Shown here: positions 7,053-17,445 of the stretch, piece after piece
Numbering within the stretch: the stretch's first letter is position 1
Layout: each line of letters starts with the position of its first letter
IMG/VR virus record: IMGVR_UViG_3300033076_000121
Span: 1-41,986 of that record
Direction: 5' to 3' (one strand)
Source: a virus
Lineage: Duplodnaviria > Caudoviricetes
DNA: 41,986 bases
Notes under the pieces: model-generated
What the model was told of the DNA's origin: nothing
The model's input: the letters and a program-made list of their open reading frames with translations, nothing else
Databases searched by the model: none
Made by a program: the position numbers and the translations under genes

Positions 7053-9842
7053 TTACATGTTCAACTTGCTACGCAGGTAAGCACACTCAAGTACCAGGGC
7101 TTCTTCGTAGCGGATGCCGTACATATTACCGGCAGGACGAACCAGCCGCTTCTCTCCGGTTGCTCGAGTCTCCGTCGTTTTAGATTCGTTGCCATCTTCG
7201 TCAACGGTAACGACCTCCACATCCTCGAACACATCCTCGTATTGAGCCTCAAATTCGTCGTAACAAAGCAGGCCATACATGAATGCATCCAGACCTTCGG
7301 ACTCAAATGCGGCCTTCACGTGTTGAGCAATTACACCGAAATGCCAGCGAGCACCGTCCGGTCCTTTTTTCTCAACCGCATCGTTGAACTTGAATTGCTG
7401 GAACTTTACCTTCCCCCATGCGCGAAGCACTGCATCGTCGATGTCTTGCACCTGTTGCTTTGTGCGCTCGTCAGAGGTGTTGATAGTGGCAGTTCCCGCG
7501 TACACAACCGACCAGCGTAGGCCAGATGCTCCAAGGGTGAACGAGTTATCCGTAGATGGAGCCACCACCCCCTTGAAATACCAATTCGTTGGGCCGTTCG
7601 CTGCATCAAAGTAGACAAAGTGACCGCCACCAGAGTTGTTAGTCTGGAAGTAATGGGTGTTAGCAGCGGACTTAAAGAACGACAAAGTTCCTGTAGTCGT
7701 GGCGTTGACGGTTTTTAGAATTCCGTAACTTGCACCATCGTTCAGCGTGATCTGATCCGGTGTTACGTAGCCCTTGACTCGGACGTCATGCCGGTTCGTT
7801 CCGTTGAAGTGATCGAATGTTGTCAGAGAATCAGCATTACTGCTCGCCTCAAATACTCGATAGCTTCGTGTGCCAACTTTCTCGACGCTGAGTGAGCCTG
7901 CTGTTCCATCACTGTTGTTGATGTACAGACCTTTCCCGGCACCGCCTTGGAAGTTTGTCTTACCTTTGAACTCGCGGACGTAATCGGCCTGTGCGTTGTG
8001 GTAGGAGATGAGGCTCGATCCACTTACATCGGTAAAGCCACCGGCCTCGACAACGACAACGTGATTGCCTTTGCCGTAGGTATCAATGTAGATATCCTTT
8101 GTTGTGTTAGCTTCTGCATAGACGACCACGTGGTTGTTGCGGGTTCCAAGATAAACGCCGTAACGTCCGTTCTGTTGTGTAACCACGAGATCGCACGAGT
8201 TGGTGCGAGGTGCGTTCGGGTCAGAAGCACTGGAGCCTGCAGCAAAGTTTAAACCATCGCGTGTATTACCACGAAGGTCAATTACACCCTCCAGCTTCCA
8301 AGCGTTGTTGTCCGCTGTTTCAATCGTAAAGTTAATTCCGTCTTGACCGTTATTTGTACACACCACGTCTCGGATAGTTCCGAGATTGCCGTTGCGAACG
8401 CAGATCCCGTTCAGACCTGCACCGTGTACCCAAATGTCCTCGATGACCATGCGGCCACCACCACTTGTTGGTGTTCCTGCATCGACGCCGTTGTTGGTGT
8501 GGGTGCCAGTTCTGATAACTTTGAACCCACGAAACTTTGAGAAGGTGGATAGCTCCACTCCGACCACGTCAGCCGCAATGGTGAGTGTGGTCACAAAGCG
8601 TCCGTCACCAAAGAACTCGACCCCAGCGGGAATGGTCAACTTCGAAGTGATTTTATAGCCAGAACCTGGGGCGTAAACGCGCAAGGCACCACTGCTCAGT
8701 GCGGCAGTAATCGCGGCTGTATCGTCAGTCACACCGTCACCAATCGCACCGAAGTCTTTGACGCTGACGGTCTCCTTCAGTTTTGATTCCACAAACCGGG
8801 CAGTCGAGCCCGTTCCACCTTGGGAATAAGTGACATTGGATGCCTGAATATTCGCCACGTTGAAATTGGAGAATGCCTGGATCTGCACCTCGTCACCTGC
8901 GGATGCAGCAGCGGTCAGTGTGACGCTGGAACCACCGGACATCGTGTAGTCAACCGTAGGACGCAGCTCAAGACCGTTCAGGGAAACAATGATGTACGGA
9001 GCCACAAAGGTAAGGCTTGAGCCGTTCGCATCGTTACCAGAGAACGTGGTCTGGCCTGCAGTTGCCACATAGACATAGGTCTTCATGGTGGCAACCTGGG
9101 CCGAGCTGGCGTTGATCCAGCCAGAGCCAGTGTACACACGCATCGCACCATCGGCGGTGTTGTAGTACAGGGCACCCGTCACGAGGGCGTTGCCGTCATT
9201 ATCCACTGAGGGATCGCTGGCCTTTTGGCCGAGGTAGCGATCATCGAAGTTATCCAGAGCCGTAGCAGCAGCAGCCGCAGAGTTGGCTGCAGAGACAGCT
9301 GAGGCAGCAGCATTGTTGGCCTGAGTGGTGGCCGTAGAGGCAGACCCAGCAGCGGCCAAAGCACTAGATGCCGCATCTAGAGCGATGGCTTCGATCTCGT
9401 CGGTGTAGGTGGTCTCGATCCAGTTCTTGGTGACAGCATCCTGGGCATCCACAGGGTCAGCCACATTGATGATGCGCTTGTTAAGAGCATCGAACTGACC
9501 CAGAGAGTTCTGCTGGATCGAGTTGTCGAGACCGTCCTTAGTCTCCTGTGCCAAGTAAAGGTCGTAGGTAGCCAACAGGTCCAGATCACGCTCCAGGAGC
9601 ACCGAGCCGTCCGTGAAGTTCACGATGGTCGAGTCCTTAGGGGTCTCACGGCGGATCTCAATGACAGCACCGTTGGCGGGAGCCGACAGAAACTGGATGG
9701 TGCTGGAGTTCAGGAACGACCAGGTCGTGACCAGTGTGCCATCCACACGGACCTTGATGTGGTCCGAAGAAATGTAGGGGAACGAAAAAGTGTAATTCGT
9801 GGTACTGCCGTTGCCGGTGTACCGAACGTAAGAATACGCCAC
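7053..9842 (-). CDS. Tail fibre/tailspike (gp17-like): T7 N-terminal adaptor, beta-helix, C-terminal intramolecular chaperone
   Basis: Adaptor-like N-terminus (YTGNGSTTNYTFSFPY...IRRETP); VSVKDFGAIGDGVTDDTAAI beta-helix start; NTSDERTK...HFGVIAQ...YGIRYEE peptidase S74-type chaperone. Confidence 0.92.
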   Translation of the reverse strand: MAYSYVRYTGNGSTTNYTFSFPYISSDHIKVRVDGTLVTTWSFLNSSTIQFLSAPANGAVIEIRRETPKDSTIVNFTDGSVLLERDLDLLATYDLYLAQETKDGLDNSIQQNSLGQFDALNKRIINVADPVDAQDAVTKNWIETTYTDEIEAIALDAASSALAAAGSASTATTQANNAAASAVSAANSAAAAATALDNFDDRYLGQKASDPSVDNDGNALVTGALYYNTADGAMRVYTGSGWINASSAQVATMKTYVYVATAGQTTFSGNDANGSSLTFVAPYIIVSLNGLELRPTVDYTMSGGSSVTLTAAASAGDEVQIQAFSNFNVANIQASNVTYSQGGTGSTARFVESKLKETVSVKDFGAIGDGVTDDTAAITAALSSGALRVYAPGSGYKITSKLTIPAGVEFFGDGRFVTTLTIAADVVGVELSTFSKFRGFKVIRTGTHTNNGVDAGTPTSGGGRMVIEDIWVHGAGLNGICVRNGNLGTIRDVVCTNNGQDGINFTIETADNNAWKLEGVIDLRGNTRDGLNFAAGSSASDPNAPRTNSCDLVVTQQNGRYGVYLGTRNNHVVVYAEANTTKDIYIDTYGKGNHVVVVEAGGFTDVSGSSLISYHNAQADYVREFKGKTNFQGGAGKGLYINNSDGTAGSLSVEKVGTRSYRVFEASSNADSLTTFDHFNGTNRHDVRVKGYVTPDQITLNDGASYGILKTVNATTTGTLSFFKSAANTHYFQTNNSGGGHFVYFDAANGPTNWYFKGVVAPSTDNSFTLGASGLRWSVVYAGTATINTSDERTKQQVQDIDDAVLRAWGKVKFQQFKFNDAVEKKGPDGARWHFGVIAQHVKAAFESEGLDAFMYGLLCYDEFEAQYEDVFEDVEVVTVDEDGNESKTTETRATGEKRLVRPAGNMYGIRYEEALVLECAYLRSKLNM

Positions 9843-9854
9843 TTGGGAATCTCC

Positions 9855-9885
9855 AAAAGAAACCCCTAGGTGTTACCCTAGGGGA
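9855..9885 (-). terminator. Intrinsic terminator between internal virion protein D and tail fibre
   Basis: CCCCTAGG-GTAACA-CCTAGGGG followed by TTTCTTTT. Confidence 0.75.
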
Positions 9886-9891
9886 GAATGC

Positions 9892-12800
9892 TTAGTAAGG
9901 TCGCTTGGAATCAAACAGGCCAGCTTTGGCCTTGCTCTCATCAATGATGCGCTGTCTATATCGCTCGATGATGTCCTCTTCTTGAGCCATCATCTTCCAG
10001 AAAGCGTTGTCTTGCAGATCCTTAATGGTCTGCTGGACGAGTTCAACTCGAGCTGCCTTGTACTTGAATGTGCCGTCAGGCATCTCCTCCTTGAGGATCG
10101 GATAGAGGATCTTGTCAGGCTCCATGGCCTGATAGTTCTTCTGCCAGACATCGTAGAGGGTGCTCTTGCCGTCCGAGGCCAGCATGGTGCGGAGATCGAG
10201 CTCTCCCAGTTCGCTGTTCTTGGTAGGTGCCTTGAAGGTTGCCCCTGTCACACGAGCCAGACGATCCAGCTCCTGCATCACGAACTTGCCTTCCTCAGAC
10301 ATCCCCCTGCCCCGCTCTTCCACCGAGGCGGTCGAGAAGACATTCCAGAGAGATCCTGTGTCGGCCAGCTTACGGACGTTCCCGAGGACATCGTAGGAGT
10401 ACGGTGTCTTGATGTCGTCACGCCCGAAGGGTCGAAGGAGCTTCTCCTCGACCACCTGCCAGAAGGTCACCGGGTCCTTGATCGTAGGATCATTATCCTT
10501 GGCGATCTTGTGGAGGGTGTTGGGGACCAACAGGAAGAGCTTCTCACCGACCATCTTGAGGAAGGCATCTTCCTTCCGTTCAGGGTCAGCCAGGTTCTCG
10601 AAGAACTTGATCGTGCCATCGATACCCGCCACCAGGTTGGCATCACGGATGGCCGAGGCAACAGCGGTGGTACCCACAGTCAGGTAGGCCATCGCCTTGT
10701 CGAACTCATCCTTGTTCACGAACTCGCCCTGTGACTCACGCATGTGCAGGCGATCCATCCGCTCCAGACCGTTGATCATGATCTTGATCGGGGTAGCGAG
10801 AGGATCGAAGCTCCGGTAGCTCCAAGTGGAACCATCGGAGAATACGATGGAGTACGGAGGTGGCAGAGGACCATCCTCACGGGTACGTCCCTGCTTCCAA
10901 TCGGAGTAGGCACCGTCACCAGTGATCTTGCCCTGGCCGTACAGAGACAGCACAGCGCCAGCGATAGCCAGGGAGGACATAGCCTCAGACTGGGCACGGA
11001 CCTGACGGAGCGTACCGTTCTTGCCTGCGAGGTCAGAGATGAAGTTTGGAGCCAGCAGTTGTAGGCCTGGAGTCAACCTCACGCCCTCCTCGAACACCCG
11101 AATGGGGGTACGGAAGAACAGTTGGCCCACCACAAGCTTGAGCGAAGGGAACTTCTTGAGCGTCTCTTCGTACTGGATCGCAGCTTTGGAGGCTGCACCT
11201 TCACCAGAGAAGCCTCGCTTGTAGAGAACATCCCTCACGAAGGCCAAAGCCTCCTCATCGGTCCCCTTTCGGAGGGCCTCAGGGTTCTTCACAGCTTCCT
11301 TTTCGACCCACTTGAAGAGGTCATCCCCGGTTAGACCGAGGTTCACACCCTTGTTGATGATGGGTTGGACCAGTTCGTCACCCTTAGCGACCTCTCGAGA
11401 GGTTCTAAGAGCTGCTTTGACAGCCTTATCGACCGCTTCGTCCAGAGCTTTGCCTGTTTTCCCAGCTTCCGTGGCCTTCATTGCCGCCTCAGCCGCAGCT
11501 CGACCAGCGATGAAGCTGTCGTAGTTGATGCGAGAGAGGAATTCATCGGAGGCATTGAGGATACGGGGGAAGATTCGGAGACCTCCACCCAGTTTGCCGG
11601 TCATTGCCAGCTCACCTTCCACCAGACGGGTACCGTCACGGGTCAAGAGAGCCTGTTCATACTTGAAACCAGCCTTAGCAGCCTGCAGGGCAGCACCGAA
11701 GGAGGACCTCATGGCACTGTAGGAGGCCATGGCTTCGACTCGAGCGACCTTGCTGAGGGGATCGGTAGCAATCAGCTTCAATCCAGGGATCACCAGGGTC
11801 TTGAGACCGGAGGGGATCAAGTTCACCAGCACCGTCTTGAACGAGAACACGTTGGAGATGGCAAACTCAGTCAGCTTCTGGATGAAGGAGGCACCACCGG
11901 GCACCGCCTGGTCAGCCATAGAGGACAACTCACGGGACTTCTGGACAGCCAGCTTGGCAGCGTCGAGGAGGTTCCCCTTGCCGATCGCTTCGGTGATCTT
12001 CGAGTCATACCCAGAGGCCACCTTCTCGGCAGCTGCAGTCTTCTCGGCCTTGCTCACCATGTCAGACCAGACCTGCTGGGCTTCAGCCTTGGTCAGGTTC
12101 TGCTCTTTCATGATGGACTCGACGGTCACACCCTGGACACCTGGCAGGCCTTCCTGACGTTGACGCAGGATCGAACCGGCCATGGAGCCAAAGGCATCGT
12201 CGGCCAACTCCATGGGAGCCAGACGAGCATCCAGGGCTTCCACCTTGGCGGACAGCTCTGCCAGACGTTCAGCGGGGACACCGGCGTTGATCTCCTTCAG
12301 GAGTTCAGCCTTGGTGATCCGCAGCTCATCAGCGGCAATCTGCACACCACGAGCCACGATACGGGTTTCCTCGAAGGGGAGAGAACCAGTGCGGAGTTGC
12401 TCGAGTGCCTTGGGGAGATCCTCGTTACTCAGGGAGCGGATCTGGGTAGCGACCTTCTCACCAAGACCCGTCAGTTCCTCCATGGACATGGGGGTGGACC
12501 GGAGGCCGGTGTTCATCTGAGGGACATCGATGGGGATGTCCTCTTTGCCAGCCACGTTGGGGACCACGTTGTCAGCTTCGAGTCGGCCCTTCTGTTTCCT
12601 TGCGGTGGCCTCAGCGATCTCTGCGGGGGTCAGAGTGGACCCTAGGTTGGGATCACGGACAGCCGAGGGAGAACTTTCCCTGGCAGCTTTTCGAGCATCC
12701 CGAGCCTCACGAAACAGACGACCAGCTTCACTCTGGCCGCCTACCTGATCAAACGGCTGCCCGATAACCTTCCCTTCAATGAAATCGTAGACTGCGTTCG

Positions 12801-15258
12801 CAATCCCCTTTCGCTGAAATTCCGGATCAACACTGACGCCGGAAACCTTCCACTCGCCAAGGGGGGTCTGCATGTAGCTGATCGCCCCAATCTTTTTACC
12901 GTCAGGAGTTATGAACGAGTACTTTCCCTTCCAGTCACGCTGGACGGTGAACTCGAACCCACTGTCGGTTTTGAGGGAGGCACTAACCGGCTCTGCCGTT
13001 TGGGCAAATCCGGGCTTCACTTCCTCAGAAACGCTAAGGACAGTCTCCGGGCTTCTAGATGCTGGGACAGGATTGTCGTTGGCAGCAACCTTCTTAGGTG
13101 AGTTTGCAATCTCAGAGATCTTATCATCTACCTGGTTCCGCTTCTTAAGCAGATCAGAGATGGAGTCTAAGAACTTCTTAGCTTCATCATATCGGTCACC
13201 ATACTGCTTTCTGGCGTAATCATAGTTCGACTTGGAGATCGGGTCATCCTTGCCTGCATACTCTTCCACCCTCTTAACGATGTATTGTGCATCATTAAGG
13301 TAGCTATACCCGGCAGCTTTCACCCTCTGGTCGATCTCGGCTGCGATCTCCCTGCGACTCTCCATGAGAGGACCAAGGGTGGAATCCGCACCGCCTACCT
13401 TGACACCCTTCTCAGGGGCAAAGTGGACTACCTGGTTCATCAGGGCCGCTTCGAAACCGTTACCGTGAAGTTCTGGTCCGAGGATGCCTTTTGCCTGGAG
13501 TTCTTGGACCGTTTTGGTTGCAATGTCGCCATTGAAGCCACGAACAATTACGCCATCATACCCCTTCTCCTTGAACGCCTTAACCAAGTCATCTTCGAAT
13601 TCGACACCCTTGATGCCCAGCTTTTCAAACACACCAATAGTTGTCTCAGGCGTGAGAACAGCAGCCTTCTTAAAATCGTTAGTGACCTCTGTCGCATGGC
13701 TGTATTCCGTCATGCGAATCTCACTGCCACGGAACCAACTATAGTCCCCCTTCTCAGCAGAGTAGAACCCGTCTCCCCACACGCCCCCAGTGCTGTCGTA
13801 GCGCATCTCTTCGGGAATAGCGGCAGAGCCTGTCACCTTCTCAATCGGGCGCTCGCTCCCATGGACACCGGGAAGTGTCCCAGAGAATGTATCTGACTGG
13901 GCGGAAGGTACTTCTTGTACGGGCTTAGGATTCAGGAGCTCGTCAGCCTTCTTCTCAGCACTCTTGGCGACACCAGAGACACTTGGAGTCTCGGCAGGCT
14001 TAGGCTCAGGGACAGCCTTACCGGCACCTCCGACCTCACCACGGATGATCTTGAAGATCTTACTCGCAGCAGCATCTGCAGCCGTCCCTAGGACAGCACC
14101 TGCGACTGCGCTGGTACCAGTGGCAATGCCGATCTTGGCAATGTCATATTCCTCACGACGACCAGCGGCGATCTCAATGCCCTGCTTGGTTGTCTCCTGG
14201 GCAGCACCAGCCACGCCAGCATCGATACCGGCCACCAGACCCGTACGGGCCAGGGACTTGATGATCGATTCCTTGACAGCCTCGACAGCAGCCTTGCGAC
14301 CGAGGAACTTACCTGCGGTTGCAACACCCAGAGTGCCGATACCCACCAGGTTGGTAGGATCAGTCAGGGCAGCTTTCGTTGCGCGGCCAGCACCTTCCCA
14401 CGACATGTTCGTGTTGTCGTAGGTGTCCAGCATGTACAGGAAAGCCTGCTGCTGCTCAGGGCTGGCGTTGGTCACCGCATGGGCAATCTCAGCCATCGAC
14501 ACCAGGTCGAAGTTGAAGTTCGCCATGCCGGTCTTGCCGTAGTCAGCGAGCTCGTCCTGTGTGCCTTGGAAGGGCTTACGCTCGAACAGCTCGAACATCA
14601 TCTGGGAAGCACGGAGCCAGTCAGCGTCATCCCGGAGAGACTTCTGGTCCACGTTGGTCCGCACAGGGGCGAACTGCTGGTAACCAGGAGGAGGAGTCTG
14701 GCCGTTCAGGACAGCCAGAGACCACTCCATAGACTTCTTAGGTTGGTTGTAGGGGGAGCTGGGGAGGGAAGCCCATGTCCCACCCAGCTTATTGATAGCT
14801 GCGTTCCAGTTGCCCTGAGCGACATCCTGGAGAGCACCGTTACGGCGGATCAGCTCAATGGCGATCTGGTCCTGACTGCGCTCAGAGAAGTCCTTGATGC
14901 CCAGTTTGGAGGCCACATCATCATAGGTGGTTGACGTGATCTGGTAGGCACCAGCAGCAGTGCTGGGACCATCCTTCGTTACCAAGCCTACGATCCGAGG
15001 ATGCTTGGAGAAATCGTTGAACGATCCACCACCCACCACGGTGTTGTAGGAGGCACCCTCAGCCTTCGAGAGGAAGTTGAGGAACTTGCGGACGTTGGAG
15101 TCTGGGTTCCCCATTGTTGAGGGTGCTGGCGCAGGAGCCTGGCTGACAGGAGCTGCAGCCCATGAGGGCACAGCTTCCGTTGTAGCGGGAGCAGATGCCC
15201 AGGCTGGTGCATCAGAAGGAGGCTTCTGTAGTGCCCAAGCTGGAGTATCGTTAGCCAT
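9892..15258 (-). CDS. Internal virion protein D (gp16-like), multidomain: lambda-R-type lysozyme, ART-like, GNAT
   Basis: Size and position of gp16; AEG..Y...HP...STAAGAYQI...W.SLP lysozyme; HG/GDGFY/GYDGVI ART-like motifs; VDPEFQRKGIA GNAT motif A. Confidence 0.85.
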   Translation of the reverse strand: MANDTPAWALQKPPSDAPAWASAPATTEAVPSWAAAPVSQAPAPAPSTMGNPDSNVRKFLNFLSKAEGASYNTVVGGGSFNDFSKHPRIVGLVTKDGPSTAAGAYQITSTTYDDVASKLGIKDFSERSQDQIAIELIRRNGALQDVAQGNWNAAINKLGGTWASLPSSPYNQPKKSMEWSLAVLNGQTPPPGYQQFAPVRTNVDQKSLRDDADWLRASQMMFELFERKPFQGTQDELADYGKTGMANFNFDLVSMAEIAHAVTNASPEQQQAFLYMLDTYDNTNMSWEGAGRATKAALTDPTNLVGIGTLGVATAGKFLGRKAAVEAVKESIIKSLARTGLVAGIDAGVAGAAQETTKQGIEIAAGRREEYDIAKIGIATGTSAVAGAVLGTAADAAASKIFKIIRGEVGGAGKAVPEPKPAETPSVSGVAKSAEKKADELLNPKPVQEVPSAQSDTFSGTLPGVHGSERPIEKVTGSAAIPEEMRYDSTGGVWGDGFYSAEKGDYSWFRGSEIRMTEYSHATEVTNDFKKAAVLTPETTIGVFEKLGIKGVEFEDDLVKAFKEKGYDGVIVRGFNGDIATKTVQELQAKGILGPELHGNGFEAALMNQVVHFAPEKGVKVGGADSTLGPLMESRREIAAEIDQRVKAAGYSYLNDAQYIVKRVEEYAGKDDPISKSNYDYARKQYGDRYDEAKKFLDSISDLLKKRNQVDDKISEIANSPKKVAANDNPVPASRSPETVLSVSEEVKPGFAQTAEPVSASLKTDSGFEFTVQRDWKGKYSFITPDGKKIGAISYMQTPLGEWKVSGVSVDPEFQRKGIANAVYDFIEGKVIGQPFDQVGGQSEAGRLFREARDARKAARESSPSAVRDPNLGSTLTPAEIAEATARKQKGRLEADNVVPNVAGKEDIPIDVPQMNTGLRSTPMSMEELTGLGEKVATQIRSLSNEDLPKALEQLRTGSLPFEETRIVARGVQIAADELRITKAELLKEINAGVPAERLAELSAKVEALDARLAPMELADDAFGSMAGSILRQRQEGLPGVQGVTVESIMKEQNLTKAEAQQVWSDMVSKAEKTAAAEKVASGYDSKITEAIGKGNLLDAAKLAVQKSRELSSMADQAVPGGASFIQKLTEFAISNVFSFKTVLVNLIPSGLKTLVIPGLKLIATDPLSKVARVEAMASYSAMRSSFGAALQAAKAGFKYEQALLTRDGTRLVEGELAMTGKLGGGLRIFPRILNASDEFLSRINYDSFIAGRAAAEAAMKATEAGKTGKALDEAVDKAVKAALRTSREVAKGDELVQPIINKGVNLGLTGDDLFKWVEKEAVKNPEALRKGTDEEALAFVRDVLYKRGFSGEGAASKAAIQYEETLKKFPSLKLVVGQLFFRTPIRVFEEGVRLTPGLQLLAPNFISDLAGKNGTLRQVRAQSEAMSSLAIAGAVLSLYGQGKITGDGAYSDWKQGRTREDGPLPPPYSIVFSDGSTWSYRSFDPLATPIKIMINGLERMDRLHMRESQGEFVNKDEFDKAMAYLTVGTTAVASAIRDANLVAGIDGTIKFFENLADPERKEDAFLKMVGEKLFLLVPNTLHKIAKDNDPTIKDPVTFWQVVEEKLLRPFGRDDIKTPYSYDVLGNVRKLADTGSLWNVFSTASVEERGRGMSEEGKFVMQELDRLARVTGATFKAPTKNSELGELDLRTMLASDGKSTLYDVWQKNYQAMEPDKILYPILKEEMPDGTFKYKAARVELVQQTIKDLQDNAFWKMMAQEEDIIERYRQRIIDESKAKAGLFDSKRPY

Positions 15259-16913
15259 TAAGGCTCCCTTCCAAATGTATTAATAAACTGTTGCTTGTAA
15301 GCAGGGTTCTTCTTGACGAAGTCGATGTCTGCCTGAGTCGGTGTGGGCTTAGCTGCGGGGGAAGCACCACGACCAGCCTGGGTACCAGGGGTCGGAGCTA
15401 CCTTGGCAGGAGCTGCCTCACCACCACCGCCAATGCGGGTACGGGATTCGATGAACTTGTCAGCCTTCTCGATCTCACGGTCCACGATGTCCTGCTTGGC
15501 TCGACCAACAGGCCACTTGCCGTTCTCTTCGTAGTAGGCGTTGAACCCGGCACGGATGCCGTAGTCGAACATGGAGACAGCCTGCGAACGCAGGTTGGTC
15601 CCCGTGACAATCGAGGCGATCCTCTGGTTGGGGCTCTTCTCGAGAGCGTCCAGACTGGAGCCAATGCGAGCTGTGAATGCAGACTTGACCATGTCATCCT
15701 GCATCGCGATCACACCCTCGAGGAGCTTGGGGGTCTCATCGATCAGGCGCTTCTTGTCAGCGTTGTTCAGACCCTTGTTGTTCAGGATACCGTTGATCAC
15801 CTGGTCCTGATCCAGACCAGCCGTGGTGGCACCTGAGAGGATCGTGGAGCGGACCTTCTGGAGGTTCGCGGTGCTGGTAGCCTGAGGGATACGATCAGCG
15901 TCCTTGAGGCTCAGAGCCTTCTGGAAGGACTCAGGGCGACCACGGTATTCTGCAGGGTCAACATTCTCACCAGCAACGACCTTGTTGATCATATCGATCT
16001 CGTCTTTGCGGGTAGCTTCCTTCTCCTGGATGCCTTTGAGGAACTCAGCGTCACGCACGGTTGTCATGCGCTTCTCTTGGATCAGGAGCTTCGTCTTCTG
16101 GATATCTGCCCGAGTCTCAGCGTTCAGGAACCGCGTGGGGATCTTGTCCAGCAGGGCTGGGTTATCCGTACCGAAGGCTTCACGGGTGACCGTATCGACC
16201 ACCAGCTTGTTGCGATCCAGGTTGCTCAGGGAGCTGGAGCTCTTCCATTGGGCATCCAAAGCCTCCATGGCCTTGGCAGGATCAGAGGTGCTCAGGGCCT
16301 CTACGATCTTCCCAGAGAAGTCCTTGGCCTGCACTTCCTTGTGGTAGGCAGCAGTCTTAGCCAGCCACTGGTTCTCGTACTGGCCCAGTTCCTTATCCAC
16401 CGCTGAGATGTAGCCCGAGGAATAGAACTCGTTACCGGGGCCGATCTTACCGACCAGCTCTTCACGCTTCTTCTTCAGGAAGGCTGTGCGAGCCTCTGTG
16501 TTGGTCTGGAGGTCAGAGTTTTGCATCACCTCCTGGATGATCCCTTGGACAGCATTGCGGCCCTGCTCAGAGCCAATACCCTCAGCGATACGGGCACGGA
16601 CCACAGGGACAGTCTCAGGGAAACGCTCGCCAATCTGTGCGGCGGACACTGGACCCTCTTGGGCATCCCTCTGGAACTGTGTCTTGTAGGAATCGATCTT
16701 CATGTTCTGAAGGATCGTCTCCTGGGCTTTCCTGCGTTCGTAGTCTTGGTTGAACTGATCGATGACCGGCTGTGCTTTCCCAAGGGCCTCAGCCAATTGG
16801 TAGGCGGAACTAGCACGGGGATCGAATCTAGCCTGCTCAGTGACAGCACTAGGAGAAGCTGTAGTCTGCAGCCCCTCAGGGCGTGGGTCATACCCAGCTT
16901 GAACTCGTGGCAT
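15258..16913 (-). CDS. Internal virion protein C (gp15-like)
   Basis: Position between gp14- and gp16-like genes; helical, QLAEAL-type N-terminus. Confidence 0.75.
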   Translation of the reverse strand: MPRVQAGYDPRPEGLQTTASPSAVTEQARFDPRASSAYQLAEALGKAQPVIDQFNQDYERRKAQETILQNMKIDSYKTQFQRDAQEGPVSAAQIGERFPETVPVVRARIAEGIGSEQGRNAVQGIIQEVMQNSDLQTNTEARTAFLKKKREELVGKIGPGNEFYSSGYISAVDKELGQYENQWLAKTAAYHKEVQAKDFSGKIVEALSTSDPAKAMEALDAQWKSSSSLSNLDRNKLVVDTVTREAFGTDNPALLDKIPTRFLNAETRADIQKTKLLIQEKRMTTVRDAEFLKGIQEKEATRKDEIDMINKVVAGENVDPAEYRGRPESFQKALSLKDADRIPQATSTANLQKVRSTILSGATTAGLDQDQVINGILNNKGLNNADKKRLIDETPKLLEGVIAMQDDMVKSAFTARIGSSLDALEKSPNQRIASIVTGTNLRSQAVSMFDYGIRAGFNAYYEENGKWPVGRAKQDIVDREIEKADKFIESRTRIGGGGEAAPAKVAPTPGTQAGRGASPAAKPTPTQADIDFVKKNPAYKQQFINTFGREP

Positions 16914-16922
16914 AAATATTCC

Positions 16923-17444
16923 TTAAGAAACTTGGGGAGCCATACCGTTCTGTTGACGGTAGACTGCGTTGCCAATCCTCAGACCGGCAGTAAAGTAGTC
17001 AGGCATCGCTGGAGTCTTGAGCTGATTGATCTGGCTCGCAGCGTTGGTGTTCACGTTCTCACGTTGGAGAGCGATAGCCGTGGAGGCACGGTCGTAGTTG
17101 GTATCGATGGAAGTCTGGAAGCGGTTGGACTTGTTGCCCACATCGGCCAGCAGGGCATCCACGGACAGACCGGAGACACCTGACTCACCTGCAGATACAC
17201 GAGCGGTAGAAGCACCGGCTCGAGCTGCGAGATCATTCTGCTCGAGCTTCTGCATCGCCCCTTCCCTCTCCTGCTGTTGAGCAAGGTTGGTCTGGTTGAT
17301 GTTGGTAGCTCGAGCTGCCATCGTGTTCTGGTACTGCCGCATGTTTGCAGCAGACTGAGCATCCGCAGCCTGAGACTGAGCGACAACCGTGCCCACAGCC
17401 GAGACGACTTGCAACGCCATCATTGCGGTGGCTGGTTCACACAT
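16923..17444 (-). CDS. Internal virion protein B (gp14-like)
   Basis: MCEP start, Ala/Gln-rich, AGESGVSGLSVDALL motif. Confidence 0.88.
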   Translation of the reverse strand: MCEPATAMMALQVVSAVGTVVAQSQAADAQSAANMRQYQNTMAARATNINQTNLAQQQEREGAMQKLEQNDLAARAGASTARVSAGESGVSGLSVDALLADVGNKSNRFQTSIDTNYDRASTAIALQRENVNTNAASQINQLKTPAMPDYFTAGLRIGNAVYRQQNGMAPQVS

Positions 17445-17445
17445 A

